From NCBI GenBank assembly GCA_043228905.1, contig JBHGNT010000002.1, positions 16,864,001 to 16,928,000 on the forward strand: 64,000 nt of DNA. Direction: 5' to 3'. Origin of the DNA: Azolla caroliniana (taxonomy: Eukaryota > Plantae > Polypodiophyta). The first letter of the stretch is position 1. Each line of letters opens with the position of its first letter. Positions 46,925 to 62,000 of this stretch are shown one piece after another. A program made the translations under genes and the position numbers. Below the pieces are notes generated by a model. The model was not told where the DNA came from. It did not search any database and worked only from the letters and a program-made list of their open reading frames with translations.

Positions 46925-47697
46925 TGTCGAATATGGGTGTATAATGGAAGTATTCACACTGTCTCATTGGACACACTAGGTTTAGGCTATTGATGTAAAT
47001 AGTGGGAAGGGTAGTTGCCCTAAGTCAGTTGGTATTTAAACTGACTCCTGTAACCTAGTTGTAATGTGGTTCACTTTGTACATTGTGCCATTGTAGCTTG
47101 GAGAGTAATAATACAGTTACATTGTTCTGTGCCTATTGGTGTCTTTCTTTCTCTTTGATGCTCTTCTTGATCTTGTCCATGTTTTTTTCATTGTCTTCAA
47201 TTTGTTAATACATCTTGGTATTTGTTATGAACTTGTTGATCCTCATCTGAAGAGAGCTAGTTTTGTTCCGCTTCATGATGGTCACCTATAACATCTGATA
47301 TCAAAGCTTGGTGCTTTTGAATTTTGCTAATGGTTGTCTTCTTGTTTTCATCAACATCTTATTTTAGCAACCCTTGAAGGTCTTTTGACTATCTTTGCTT
47401 GATAGAACAGACTCTAAGATTTTAGTTCGACTGAAATCTCTCAACCAACAACTTCTACAAGATCATTCTTCCTGAGAAGAAACACCTAGAACATTAGCAC
47501 TTCACTGAGTAAAATCACTCCTGAAGTAGGGCAGCTAGCTTTACTTTTCCTTCGTGATTGTAGCCGCTTGAAGTGAGGTCTCTCCATCGATTCAACCATA
47601 TATCGTGCTTCATCAAGTTAGACAACAATTGGTCATGCCATCTGGTGCTGCCCACTCACTCATTGTAACTACTAGAAGTAGATTCGGCCCTAGGAAC
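46925..47697 (+). mobile_element. Copia LTR (46925-47293), PBS and 5' UTR, related to element H; resumes at 57842-57901
   Basis: TG...AACA followed by tgatatcaaagc; the UTR aligns with 59410-59620. Confidence 0.65.
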
Positions 47698-50600
47698 TAT
47701 GGAGAATAGTGTGGAATATTGCTTTGCCACAACCGAGTCTTGAATCACTTCTAAGAGAATGAAACACAGAAATGGGAAATGGAGAGTACACAAGGAAATA
47801 CACATCATGTTTACGTGGAAAACCCTAATAGGGAAAAACCACGGGAGCCCACAGACTCCAAACAATCACTATATGAGAAAGGTACATTCAGAGCCTCAGA
47901 GGCAATGGCCTCAAGCTCTGTATCTTCGCCAACCGGCGGTTACAATAGAGTATCACTCTATATCTCACACACACTCTCTCTCTCTCGCTCTCTGTACAAT
48001 AGTTACAACAGTATGACAACAACACTATGCACACTATACTAAGTGATTGCCCTAAGTCATATTTATACTTATATGAACTTAGGGCTATTTACAGATATAG
48101 CCTCAATAGGCTTACTCAAAACATATTTACAAATATGTCCTCTCTTCCAGTTCTCACCGGGTCTCTTCCGGTTCTTACCGGGTCCTCTTCATTCATCACC
48201 GAATCCCATCCGGAGGGACCGATTTCCCAACAATCTCCCCCTTCACTCCGGCATGGGATGTCTTGTTAGCCCGATCCGCTTTCGGCATGCGTCCAACTTG
48301 TCAGTTGTCAACACCTTGGTCAGCATATCCGACCCGTTCTCCTTCGTGTGGATCTTTGTCAGCATGAACTCTTGATCTTCTGCTCTCTCCCGGATCCAGT
48401 GGTACCTCCGCTAGATATGTTTCGTCCGGGAATGGTAGGCCGCGTTCTTTGCAAGGTGGATGGCACTTTGATTGTCGCAGTAGAGCCGGTATTCCTCCTG
48501 TTGGATCCCTAGCTCTCCGATGAAGTCCTTCATCCAGACTATCTCCTTGCTGGCTTCTACAGATGCCATGTACTCCGCCTCTGTGGTTGACAACGCAACT
48601 GTCTTCTACAGCCTCGACTACTATGAAATAGCTCCCCTTGCATAAGCCATGACATATTCGGACGTAGACCGGTTGGTATCCGCATCAGCCGACATATCCG
48701 AATCCGTGAATCCGTCAAGTTGGGGATTACCAGAGTTGAACCGGAGGCACATACTCGAGGTGCCTTTTAGATACCAGAGTATCCACTTGATTGCGTTCCA
48801 ATGCTCTCTTCCAGGATTGCTCATGAATCGGCTCACCACTCCGACTACATATCTGATATCCAGCCAACTACATACCATCACGTACATCAAGCTTCTGACC
48901 GCAGATACATATGGAATCTTCATCATATCCGTCTTCTTTGCCTTTGTCCTAGGGCTTTGTTTTCCGGACAGCTTGCAGTTTTCTGGAAGTGTTGATCCAA
49001 CCGGTTTTGCCTCTGACATGTTGAACCGTTGAAGCACCTTTTTCATGTACTTCTCTTGTGACAACCACAACAACTTCTTCGACAGGTCCCGGATGATGTG
49101 CATTCCCAATATCTGTCTTGCCGGCCCCAAGTCTTTCATTGAGAAGGTTCGGTTCAGAGCCTTCTTCAGCATCCAAATCTTGCCTTGGTTTCGTCTGACG
49201 ATCAACATATCATCCACGTATAGGAGGAGTATCTAGAAATCTCTTCCAACAAATTTCTTCACAAACACACAGTAATCGGCTTGTGTCTTGTGGTACCCTT
49301 GGTCGGTCATGAAGGAGTTGAACTTCTGGTACCATTGCCAGGGAGCTTGTTTCAGTCCGTATAGGCTCTTCCTCAACTGACACACCAGGTGCTCCTTACC
49401 TTTCTTTTCAAATCCTTCTGGTTGATGCATGTATATCTCTTCTTTGAGGTTGCCATGTAGGAATGCCGTCTTGATGTCCAGTTGCTCTACCTCGAGGTCC
49501 ATGCTTGCCACTATGCCCAATACCTCCGGGTGGATGTCATCTTTACTACCGGGGCAAAGATCTCATCGAAATCCACTCCTTTCTTCTACAGGAACCCCTT
49601 CACCGTGATCTGGGCTTTGTATCTCGGTGGGTTTCCGGCATCTCTCGGTTTCAGCTTGTACACCCACTTGTTCCAGAGTGCCCTCTTTCCTTTCGGTAAC
49701 TCCGCCAGTTCATACGTGTGGTTCTCATGCAAGGAATCCATCTCATCGTGCATGGCACTCAACCACTTGTGGCTGTGGGTGTCTCTCTTTGCTTCTTCGA
49801 AGCTTTCCGGCTCCCACTCATTGGTTAGCAACACGTGCTCTACATCCGGAAATCTCTCGGGGGCTCTTCTCTTCTTGAGAGGATATCTTCGTCCTTGGTT
49901 TCTGACTGCCGGTTCCTCTGTTTGTTCCTCATCCGAATCCGATTCGGGATCCTGTCCGGTTCCGGTGTCTTCTTCTTCTTCTTTGGTCCGTTTGGTTTCT
50001 TGTTCGTATCCGACCGGTTCATCGAGTGTCATCCGGTTACCGGCTAACATCCGGTTTTCAACCGGGTATATCCTTGTGTTCATCATCTTCCATGAAGACT
50101 ATGTCCCAACTCCGGAACACCTTCTTGTCGAACAAATCCCACACCCGGTAACCGAACTCATCGTCGCCGTATCCAAGGAATATGCATGGTCGGGACTTCG
50201 GATCCAGCTTTGCTCTCTTATCCTTCGCCACATACACGTATGTGAGACACCCGAACACCTTCAGATGCCGGTAAGATACATCTTTGCCAGTCCATCCTTT
50301 CTGAGGTGAGTCTCCTCCCAAGGGTACTGAGGGTGATCTATTTATCACGTAGGTCGCCGTCGTCAGCGCCTCTGCCCAAAACGTCTTGGGTAACTTGGCA
50401 TGTGTGAGCAAGCTCCGGACTCTCTCCATTATGGTCCGATTCATCCTTTCGGCCAGCCCATTTAGTTCCAACGTCTTCGGCATGGTAAATTCGAGTCGGA
50501 TTCCCTTCGACCGGTAGTACTCCTCAAACTGCCCCCGATATTCTCCTCCGTTATCTACTCGAACCGGCTTCAACTCCCGGCCGGTTTCTCTTTCCACTCT

Positions 50601-51394
50601 CGCGTGGAGTTCCTTGAAGACGGTCCTCACCTAATCCTTCGTCTTCAACGGTGAGACCCATAGCTTCCGGATGTGGTCATCTATGAACGTCACGAAGTAC
50701 TGCGATTTGGCATGTGACATCGTGTCCACTTGACACACATCAGTATGCACTAGCTCCAATGGTGCATTATGTCTCATCGGTGGTCTTGACCGGAAGGAGG
50801 TTCGGTTTTGCTTGCCAGCAAGACAATTGGTGCACTTCTCAAGTTGCACGTCCTTCACCAGAATAAGATTGTCTTCGGCAAGCCTCTTCATCCCCTTCTG
50901 ACTCATGTGACACAACCTCTTGTGCCACAGCTCACCGGCAGTGTCAGATGCTACGCTCACTTCTTCCCGGCATATCCGGGCATGCATTAGATATAGTGTG
51001 TTGGCCTTCCAGGCTCGAGCCACTATTAGGCTCCCTTTGCTGAACTTCATGACTCTGTTCCGGATGCTACCCGTGTAGCCTTCATCATCTAGTCGACTGG
51101 CTGATATCAGGTTCAGTCGAACCTCCCGAACGTGTCAGACATCCTTCATTAGCAACTTGCATCCGGTTGATGTCATCAATAACACATCTCCTATGCCGAT
51201 AATTCGGATCGATTCCGGATTCCCGGTCCTTCCGGTGAGCTTCTTCATCTAGCAAGCTTGACTTTACCCTTGTTAGGGACAACTGTTTAACTTACGGCCC
51301 GGCGTTGCCCAATGTGACAACTAGCATCTCCCAACTATTCGGGATGGAACCGAGCAGGAGCAATGCGAGTACCTCATTCGCAAGAGGTACTTCC

Positions 51395-54300
51395 TGTTAG
51401 GAAACAGGTCCCTCCGGATGGGAAGTAGGAAGACCCGGTATGACCCGGATGACGAGTACCCGACTACAGAAAACTCGGTGAGAACCGGATGATGAGTACC
51501 CGGCAAGGAAGACCCGGTATGAGCCGGATGTGGAGTACTTGGCAACGGAAGACTCGGTGAGAACCGGATGACGAGTACCCGGCAAGAGCCGGATGGTGAA
51601 GGCCCGATGAGAAGTGCTCACCGGATGAAGGGACATATTCGTAAATATGTTTTCTGAGAGTCCATCGGGGCTATATTTGTAAATAGCCGAAAAGTCATAT
51701 TGGTATAAATATGACTTAGGGCAAACTTAGTGGGGTAGTAGTTGTCATTCTTGTTGGCGCAAGATTAGAGCACAACAATGTACACAGAGAGAGAGAGAGA
51801 ATGAGACGAAGAGTTCGTATCTCTGTTGTAACCGCCGCCTGTGGCGAAGACAGTGAACAAGAGGTCGTTGCCTCTGTGTTCATCTATTGTATATTGTTAC
51901 ATAGTGATAGTTAGCAGTCTGTGGACTGCCGTGGTTTTTCCCGTGTTTGGGTTTTCCACGTAAACATCCTGTGTACTCTTCTCTCCATTGTGTCGTGCAT
52001 TCATTACCCGTTTTTTTGTGTTTGATCCTAGACTCGATTGTGGCTGAGCGTTGTGCTTAGGGAGCGTGTATTCCTGTCAAAGTGGTATCAGAGTGAAACG
52101 ACACAGAAAAATGGACGATTCATTGGGAGGCATGTTCAAGCTCACCGGCTCCAACTATTCGGTGTGGAAGTCGAAGATGAGGGATATGCTCGTGGTGAAA
52201 GATCTTTGGTTGCCGGTTCAGTTTGGGGACAAGAGACGGGACAAAATTGACGCCTCGATATGGGTGGTGATGCACATGAAGACAACGACTTACATACAGT
52301 GCTTCATCAACATGAGCCTATAGAACAACTTCAATGAAGAGAGCAAGGCTCATGAGCTATGGGAGAAGATCGGCATTATGTTTCAAAACAAAAATGTTGT
52401 TAATCAGGTTTCGGTATTTCGGAAGCTAGTAAGACTTCGATACCAAGATGGATCCAGCATGGAGGAGCACATGAATGCCTTCTAGGGGCTGATCCACTAG
52501 GAAAACATCATTGGAAGTACCTCTCGCCGATGAGGTACTAGCGCTACTCCTGCTCGGTTCCCTCCCAGATAGCTGGGAGACGTTGGTTGTCACTTTGGGC
52601 AACGCCGGGCTGGAAGGGAAACGGTTATCCCTAGCAAGAGTGAAGTCGAGCTTGCTAGATTAGGAGGCACGTCGGAAAGATAAGGATACGAGCTCCGACT
52701 CCAAAGCGCTCCTTACCGAATCGGAACGCGGAAGACAAAGGAACCGTAGCCCCCAGAACCGGGAAAAGTCGGGGACACGGTCAAAGTCAAGGGGAAGGCC
52801 TACTTGCTTCTATTCCGGCAAGTCGGGACACTTCCAGAAGAACTGTCTGCACTTCTGAAAAGACAAGGAAACCAACGGTACCGATTCAAAGCGGACACCG
52901 GATTGCAACGGTAAATACTGGAGGGGGCCAGACCAGAAGGGAACGACGGCAATCGCGGCAAGTGAAGAAGAGTTTATGCTCATCACCGAGAAGAGTGAGC
53001 TAAACCTTGCCGGCGACGAGATGACCTGGGTGGTCGACTCCGGAGCGTCGTTCCACCTTACCCTGGACCGGAAATGCTTCTCATCCTACTCAGCCGGTGA
53101 TCATGGCTGTGTCCGGATGGGGAATGAAGGTACATGCCGAATTGTTGGCATAGGAGACTTGTGGTTGACAACACCAATCGGATGCAAGCTGCTGTTGAAG
53201 GATGTCCAACACTTTCCGGAGGTCCGACTGAACTTGATATCAGCTGGTCGGCTAGATGATGAAGGCTACACGGGTAGCATTCGGAACAGAGTCATGAAAT
53301 TCAGCAAAGGGATCCTGATAGTGGCTCGGGCCCGGAAGGTAAACACGTTGTACCTGATGAATGCCCGGTTATGCCTGGAAGAAGTGAACATGGTTTCCGA
53401 CACTACCGGTGAGCTGTGGCACAAGAGGTTGTGTCACATGAGCGACAAGGGGATGAAGAGGCTTGCAGACGACAACCTCATTCTAGTGAAGAACGTGCAC
53501 TTGGAGAAGTGCACTGATTGTTTGGCCGGTAAACAAAACCGGACCTCCTTTCGATCGAGGCCACCGATGAGACGTAATGCACCACTGGAGTTGGTGCATA
53601 CTGATGTATGTCAAGTAGACACGAAGTCACATGCCAGATCGCAGTACTTTGTGACGTTCATAGATGACCACAGCCGGAAGATGTGGGCCACACCGTTGAA
53701 GACGAAGGATCAAGTGCTATCCGTCTTCAAAGAGCTCCACGCGAGAGTGGAAAGAGAAACCGGCCTGAAGCTGAAGGTGGTTCGAGCAGATAACGGAGGT
53801 GAATACCGGGGGCAGTTCGAGGAGTACTGTCGCTCGAAGGGAATCCGGCTCGAATTTACCGTGCCGAAGACGTCGGAACTAAACGGGCTGGCCGAGAGGA
53901 TGAACCGGACCATAATGGAGAGGGTCCGGAGTATGTTGGCGCATGCAAAACTACCCAAGAAGTTTTGGGCTGAGGCATTGTTGACAACGACATATGTGAT
54001 AAACAGATCACCCTCAGTACCCTTGGACGAAGACATGCCACAGAGAGTCTGGACCGGTAAGGAAGTGTCCTACCGGCATCTGAAGGTATTCGGGTGTCTT
54101 GCGTACGTGCATGTTGCTAAGGACCGGAGAGGAAAGTTGAATCCAAAGACCTGGCCATGCATATTCCTCGGTTATGGCGACGATGAGTTCGGCTACCGAG
54201 TGTGGGACCTGGCCGACAAGAAGGTATTCCGGAGTTGAGATATTATCTTCATGGAGGACAAGACACTCACAGACTGGGAGTCGGAGAAGAAGATAATGAA

Positions 54301-56826
54301 CTCTGAGTCGACCGGTAAGGATCAATTCTACGAGGAGCAGACCCAACCGGCAAGAGACCGGTTACCACTCGAGGAACTGGCCGGTTACGGTGAGGATACT
54401 GAATCGGTAGAAGAAGAAGTAGAGGAAGCTGAAACCGGAACCAGCCAAGACCCCGAATCGGATTCGGATGAAGAGCAAATCGAGGAGCCGGTTACCGAAG
54501 CCCAAAGACGGAGATATCCTCTCAGAGAGAGAAGGCCCCCCCGGAGATTTCCGGATGCAGAGCATGTGCTGCTGACCGATGAGGGGGAGCCAGAAAGCTT
54601 CGAGGAAGCTAAAAGTGGCACCCATAGCCGCAAATGGTTAAGTGCCATGCAAGATGAGATGGATTCCCTGCATGAGAACCATACGTACAAATTGGTGGAG
54701 TTGCCGAAAGGAAAGCGAGCACTCCGAAACAAGTGGGTGTACAAGTTGAAACCGGGAGATGCCGACAACCCCCCGAGACACAAATCCAGGATCGTGGTGA
54801 AGGGGTTCCAGCAAAAGAAGGGCGTGGACTTCGACGAGATATTTGCGCCGGTAGTAAAGATGACCTCCATCCGGACGGTGCTGAGTATAGCGGCAAGCAT
54901 GGACCTCAAGGTAGAACAGCTAGACGTGAAGACGACATTCCTTCATGGCGACCTCGAAGAGGAGATCTACATGCAGCAACCGGAAGGATTCGTGGAGAAA
55001 GGAAACCAGCATCTGGTTTGCCGGTTGAAGAAGAGCCTGTACGGACTAAAGCAGGCTCCCCGACAATGGTATCGGAAGTTCGACTCCTTCATGACCGATC
55101 AAGGATACCACAAGACGCAGGCCGATCATTGCGTGTTTTTGAAGAAGTTCGAAGGAGGCGACTTCCTGATACTCCTTCTGTACGTGGACGACATGTTGAT
55201 CGTCGGATGGGACCAAGCCAAAATACGGATGCTAAAGAAGGCTCTAAATCGAACCTTCTCAATGAAAGACTTGGGTCCGGCAAGATAGATGCTGGGGATG
55301 CATATTATCCGGAACCGGCCAACGAAGCAATTGTGGCTGTCACAGGAGAAATACGTGACAAAGGTGCTTCAACGGTTCAACATGTAGAAGCAAAACTGGG
55401 CGGATCGACACTCCCGACAAAATACAGGTTATCCGGTAAGCAAAGCCCGAAGACAAAATCAGAGAAGGCGGATATGATGAAGGTTCTATATGCCTCTGTC
55501 GTCGGGAGCTTGATGTACGCAATGGTGTGTACTCAACCGGATATAGGATACGCAGTCGGAGTGGTGAGCCGGTTTATGAGCAATCCCGGCAAGGAGCACT
55601 GGAACGCGGTCAAATGGATACTCCGGTACTTGAAGGGCACTTAGAACATGTGTCTCCGATTCGGTCCCGGTAAACCTCAACTTGATGGTTTTACCAATTC
55701 GGACATGTCGGCTGATGTGGATACCAACCGGTCTACATTCGGGTATGTAATGACATATGCAAGGGGAGCTGTTTCGTGGCAGTCAAGGTTGCATAAGACG
55801 GTTGCGTTGTCAACCACGGAGGCGGAGTACATGGCAGTTGTGGAAGCCGGCAAGGAAATATTATGGATGAAGGACTTCATCAGAGAGCTCGGTATCCGGC
55901 AGGATGAATACTGGCTCTATTGTGACAATCAAAGTGTCATCCACCTTGCTAAGAATGCGGCCTACCATTCCCGGACGAAGCATATCCAGCGAAGGTATCA
56001 CTGGATCCGGGAAAGAGTAGATGACCAGGAGTTCGCGCTGACGAAGATCCACACGGCCGAGAACGGGTCAGATATGCTGACCAAAGTACTGATACTCGAC
56101 AAGCTAGATGCATGTCGGAAGCGGATCAAACTAGTACGACATCCCATGCCGGAGTGAAGGAGGAGTTTGTTAGGAAACAGGTCCCTCCGGATGGGAAGTA
56201 GGAAGACCCGGTATGAGCCGGATGACGAGTACCCGACAAGGAAGACCCGATGAGAACCGGATGATGAGTGCCCGGCAAGGAAGACCCGGTATGAGCCGGA
56301 TGTGGAGTACCCGACAACGGAAGACCCGGTGAGAACCGGATGACGAGTACCCGGCAAGAGCCGGATGGTGAAGGCCCGGTGAGAAGTGCTCACCGGATTA
56401 AGGGACATATTCGTAAATATGTTTTCTGACAGTCCATTGGGGCTATATTTGTAAATAGCCGAAAAGTCATATTAGTATAAATATGACTTAGGGCAAACTT
56501 AGTGGGGTAGTAGTTGTCATTCTTGTTGGCGCAAGATTAGAACACAACAGTGTACAGAGAGTTCGTATCTCTGTTGTAACCGCCGCCTGTGGCGAAGAAA
56601 GTGAACAAGAGGTCGTTGTCTCTGTGTTCATCTATTGTATATTGTTATATAGTGATAGTTAGCAGTCTGTGGACTACCGTGGTTTTTCCCGTGTTTGGGT
56701 TTTCCACATAAACATCCTGTGTACTCTTCTCTCCATTGTGTCATGCGTTCATTACTTGTTTTCTATGTTTGATCCTAGACTCGGTTGTGGCCGAGCATTG
56801 TGCTTAGGGAGCGTGTATTCCTGTCA
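51395..56826 (+). mobile_element. Copia element G (same family as F), full length but with stops
   Basis: LTRs 51395-52079 and 56168-56826; PBS 52083-52093; PPT 56156-56167; TSD CTTCC; gag-pol 52110-56157. Confidence 0.95.
51430..51600 (+). repeat. CCGG-rich ~40-bp tandem repeats in U3 of LTR G (also 56203-56370)
   Basis: Repeated gaagacccgg..gagccggatga.gagtacccg units. Confidence 0.8.
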
Positions 56827-57901
56827 CTTCCAACGAGGTTTCCTGGTGGATAAGTCCCTGGAAGGCATTCATGTGCTCCGCCATACTGGAGTCGTCTTGG
56901 TACCGGAGCCTCACTAGCTTCCGGAATACCGAAACTCGATTAACGGCATTCTTGTTTTGGAACATGATATCGATCTTCTCCCAAAGTTCATGAGACTTGC
57001 TCTCTTCATTGAAGTTGTTGTACAGGCTCATGTCGATGAAGCACCGGATGTATGCCGTTGTCTTCATGTGCATCACATCCCACGTTGTGGCGTCGATCTT
57101 ATCCGGTCTCTTGTCCTCGAACTGAACTGGCAACCAAAGATCTTTAACCACCAGCATATCCCTCCTCTTCGACTTCCACCCTGAGTAGTTGGAGCCGGTG
57201 AGCTTGAAAATGTCGCCAAACGATTCTTCCATTTCCTGTGTTGTTCGCTCTGATACCAGTTTGTAGAGAATAGCACGGAATATTGCTTTGCCACAACCAA
57301 GTCTTGAATCACTTCTATGAGAATGAAACACAGAAATGGGAAATGGAGAGTACACAAGGAAATACACAGGATGTTTATGTGGAAAACCCTAATAGGGAAA
57401 AACCACGGGAGCCCACAGACTCCAAACTATCACTATATGAGAAAGGTACATTCAGAGCCTCAGAGGTAATGACCTTGAGCTCTGTATCTTCACCATCCGG
57501 TGGTTACAATAGAGTATCGCTCTATATCTCACACACACACTCTCTCTCTCTGTTGCTCTCTGTACAACAATGACAACAGTATGACAACAACACTAAGCAC
57601 ACTATACTAAGATTGCGCTAAGTCATATTTATACTTATATGAACTTAGGGCTATTTACATATATAGCCTCAATAGGCTTACTCAAAACATATTTACAAAT
57701 ATTTCCTCTCTTCCGGTTCTCACCGAGTCCATTCGATTCGGCTTTCGGATCTCTTCTGGTTCTCATTGGGTCTCTTCCGGTTCTCACCGGGTCCTCTTCA
57801 TTCATCACCGGATCCCATCCGGAGGGACCGATTTCCCAACATGAACAACCCCCATCCGTGCTTCATTTTAGTAGATGATATTCGGGAATACTAGTTGTAT
57901 C

Positions 57902-58963
57902 TGTTACGAAGGCGCTCCGGCTCTTTTTTGTGCATAATGGATCGTGATGTGCTGGATTGTTTAGTGCTTAAGACAGAAAGGAAGGGGAAGGAGACTTACC
58001 TATGTGTAGCAAACCAAAAAACTTCTATTTCATTACACGCAGAGCTCAACTCGCTCTCGTCAATTTTCTGTTTTTTCTGTTCTTTTTCTTCTCTCTACTC
58101 TCTTTTTTACTTACTACACTTACTTTTTACCTAAGTACATAAGTGACTTATATATGCAGCTAAATAGCTGTGCATAGCTAAATAGTTGTTTCACCTTTAT
58201 GTCCACTAGTAGCTGATTAGCTAATAGCTACTATAGCTTATTTCTCAATAAGCATCACATACCTTTGTTGAGCTTGCTTCTCAACACTCCCCCTCAAGCT
58301 CAACTTATCCTTTCTTGGGATCATCTTCAATCTTCTTTTCTTCATGCTTTTCAGCTACCATGCCGATGGTTATAACTCCCATCATGTCTCTAAATTGTGT
58401 ATGTTTTTCCATGCTCAATCCCTTCATAAGAATATCAGCAACTTGCTGATTTGTACTTACATACAACAGATCCACTTCTCCATCAATCACTTTTTCTCTA
58501 ACAAAGTGATAATGCACTTCAATGTGCTTTGTTCTTGCATGGAACACTAGGTTTTTTGCAAGCTGAATGTTGCTCATATTGTCACACCAAATTGTGACAG
58601 CACCATCTATATATTCTCCCAAATCAACAAGCAATCTTTTAATCCATACCTCTTCACAAGTAGCTATTGCAGCTCCTCTATATTCAACTTCAATACTAGA
58701 TAGTGCAACAATAGCTTGTTTCTTGCTACTCCATGAAATAGCTACACTTCCCAATGTAAACATATATCTACTTGTGGATCTTCTATAAGTTTGGCTTCCC
58801 GCCCAATCAACATCTATATATCCTTCCAGCTTTATGTCCAGATCAGCCCTGTAAAACAATCCATAATTTTGAGTAGCTTTTACATACCTCAAAATTCTTC
58901 TAATGTAGTCCAAATGTGGCTTCGTTGGCTGTTGCATAAACTGGATGACTAATCCAACATCAT
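57902..58963 (-). mobile_element. Copia 3' remnant I: RNase H, PPT and 3' LTR (57902-58286)
   Basis: EGYIDVDWAG...HARTKHIEVHYHF; gagggggag followed by TGTTGAGAAGCAAGCTCAACA. Confidence 0.85.
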
Positions 58964-59046
58964 ATCACTATATAAAGTGACCTAGTAACCTTTTTGTAAG
59001 GTTGGTTGTATTATTGTTTTCTATGAAATAGAAAGAGTCTTTTGTG

Positions 59047-59086
<40 letters not shown>

Positions 59087-62000
59087 ACGATCTTGGAGAC
59101 TGTCATACGCAGGTACTCAACCCTAATCGAATGCTGCTTGATCTTCCGCATCGACACGGCCTTGTCTCCAACATCTGGTATCAGAGCTAGGTTCCTCGAC
59201 CCGCTGTCGGCCGTCGTCTCAGCCTGCACAGCATTCGGTTCTTCGCTTCATCTCAGCCTGCACAATATTCGGCCTTTCGCTTCATCCTAGTCTGCAAAGC
59301 ATTCGGCTTCTTGCGCCATTCGAAGAAACAGAGAAGAAGAAGAAAAACGAGGCTTGCATCTCATCGCGTTAGATCATCTTCGCTTGGAGTAAGCCATCCG
59401 GTTGTACTCTGTTCCTTGTGATCGTAACCGCTCGAGGTGAAATCCCCTTGTGCAACATTGACACGATCGTGCTCCACTCGGTTAAACGGCATCCGAAGAG
59501 GTCATCAAACGCTGCTCGCCGCTCATTGTAACCACTCGGTGCAGATCGGTCTTAAGACAACAACCCCAATTCGTGCTTCATCCGGCTGATCGACATTCGG
59601 GAGGATCAGTTGGATCCGTATCTCTCGTCGCTGCAGTCACCCGAAGCAGAATCGGTCCAGACAATCGGTTTCAATAATCGGTATTTGGCATATATATTCG
59701 GAAGCGAACCGGGCTCACTCCGACTCGGCAACATTCGGGAAGACCAGTCGGTTCTGTCCCTCAAGTTACCGGAGTCAATTCGAGCAAGTTCAACAATACA
59801 TATATCCGAAGCCGAACCGACTCGGGTTCAAATCCGACTAGAACGATATCGGGTGAGCCAACCGGCTGCACTCCAACAAGGTTCGTAGTCAACTCCGAAC
59901 CGAGCTTCGTCAACCGAAACCAAATTTGATGGCATCAACATCCGGCTCGTCAGAAATGAGTCTACGAAAGTTCGATGGATCGAACTTCAACTTCTGGAAG
60001 GAGCAAATGCAGGACTATCTCATAGTCAAGGGGCAAATCGATCCCATCGAAAATGAAGAACCTCCAGAAGGATACAAACCAATTGAGTGGCAGAAGCTGG
60101 ACAGAATCGTCCGCGCCACGATTCGGATGCACCTATCGGAATCGGTATACTTTACGGTGCAATCGTGTACGACAGCATTCGAACTGTGGAAAACACTGTC
60201 GGACACCTACGAAAAGAAGGTCGTTGCAACAAAGATGTTTTTGATCCGGCGCCTCTACAACTTGCGGATGAAAGAATCAGATTTGGTTCAAGCACATCTC
60301 AATGAGTACGAAAGCATAAGCTCCCAAATCTCCTCTCAGGGGACGGCAATCGAGGATGAACTCAGAGCAATGATACTCATGAGCAGCCTTCCCTCATCAT
60401 GGGAGACTTTCGTCACAACCGTGTGCAACGCGTCAACCACGGCTGTTAAATACTCCGAAGTCACGAGCGCAATCCTGACCGAAGCAGCTCGGAGAAAGTC
60501 TTTCGCCAAAGACTCAACAGACGACGCTTATGTAGTACAAGGTTCGACAAACCGATCGAACATACGAGGAAGAGATTCCTCACGGCAGCCGAACAATCAG
60601 CGAAGACGGAGCCAGTCACGGGATAATCGAATCTGCAACTATTGCAAGAAACCCGGACACATCAAAGCCGACTGCCGCGCACTCAAGAACAAGAACGACA
60701 AGTCTCAGAAATCAGACAAGAAGAGTGGCCGGCATGAGGAGATCAACTACGTCAGCTTCTCAGCTGATGTGCTACCAAACGACCCGAATATACTATCAAT
60801 CGAAAATCCAGTCGGATCAGAAGTTCTGCTCACGACTGAAGAATCGAGCACATGGCTCTTAGATTCGGGCGCGTCATTTCACGTGACTCCTCATCGATCC
60901 CAATTTCGGCAATATACGATCCGTCACTCCGACTCAGTTCGAGTCGGCAACTCGCAACACTGTGACATCATTGGAATCGGCACAGTAGAGCTCAACCTTG
61001 CAGGTGGCTCTACACTTGTACTTCACAATGTCCGACATGTACCCGAGCTCTCAAGGCCATTGATCTCAGTCGGACAACTAGATGAAGACGGCATTCGTGC
61101 CGGTTTTTCTTCGGGAGGGTGGACACTCCACAGGGGGAACCTCCTGCTTGCTAGAGGACCCAAGATACACTCACTGTATCCGTTACATGTTACGCTCAGA
61201 GAGGGTAACCTGTTCTTGGTGGACATTCCTGTGTCATCACTATGGCACAGAAGATTAGGACACCTCAGCAAGGCCGGCATTACGCACCTATCTAGAGCCG
61301 GATACATCCCTAAACTCTCCTTCTCGGACCATCAATTCTGCGAACATTGCCAGTATGGCAAACAAGCAGCCACATCACACCCGACATCAGCACCAAGAGA
61401 AACGAGACCTCTCGATTTAGTCCACTCGGACGTCTGTGGCCCAATGCCGCATCAGTCTCTCGGCGGTGCCTCTTACTTCGTCAGTTTTATTGACGATTCG
61501 ACTCGCAAGGTGTGGGCTTATCCAATTCGCACCAAAGATCGTGTCTTCTCGATCTTCTCCGATTGGCTCGCTATGGTGGAAAATCAAACTGACCGAAAAC
61601 TGAAATGCTTTCGGACCGACAATGGGGGAGAGTTCAAATCAGAAGAATTCGTCAAATTCTGCCGACAACGCGGCATCCGACGTGAATTTACGGCACCACA
61701 CAGTCCGGAGCAAAACGGGATTGCAGAACGCATGAATCGGACAATCCAAGAACGGATAGTTTCCATGCTCCAACACTCCGGCCTGTCGGATGGCTTCTGG
61801 GCAGAGGCTCCACTCACGGCAGTACACATAATCAATATGTCGCCAAGCAGACCTCTAGGACTTCAAATTCCTCAGGAACTATGGATCGGCAGTAAGCCGA
61901 ATTACGACAAGCAGAGGATCTTCGGATGCGAGGCGTACGCCCTTATTCCGAAAGATGATCGCCGAAAACTTGCACCTCGGTCCAGGAAATGCATTTTCCT

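Larger units (their letters stand above)
47698..57841 (-). mobile_element. Copia element F (Tnt1/Tork-like, degenerate) carrying nested element G
   Basis: LTRs 57262-57841 and 47698-48232; Met PBS 57247-57258; PPT 48233-48244; TSD GGAAC/TGAAC; deletion in gag-PR near 51210. Confidence 0.88.

Noticed and set aside
51430-51600. CRISPR-like array
   Set aside because: Degenerate tandem units with no unique spacers, inside Copia LTRs in a eukaryotic genome.
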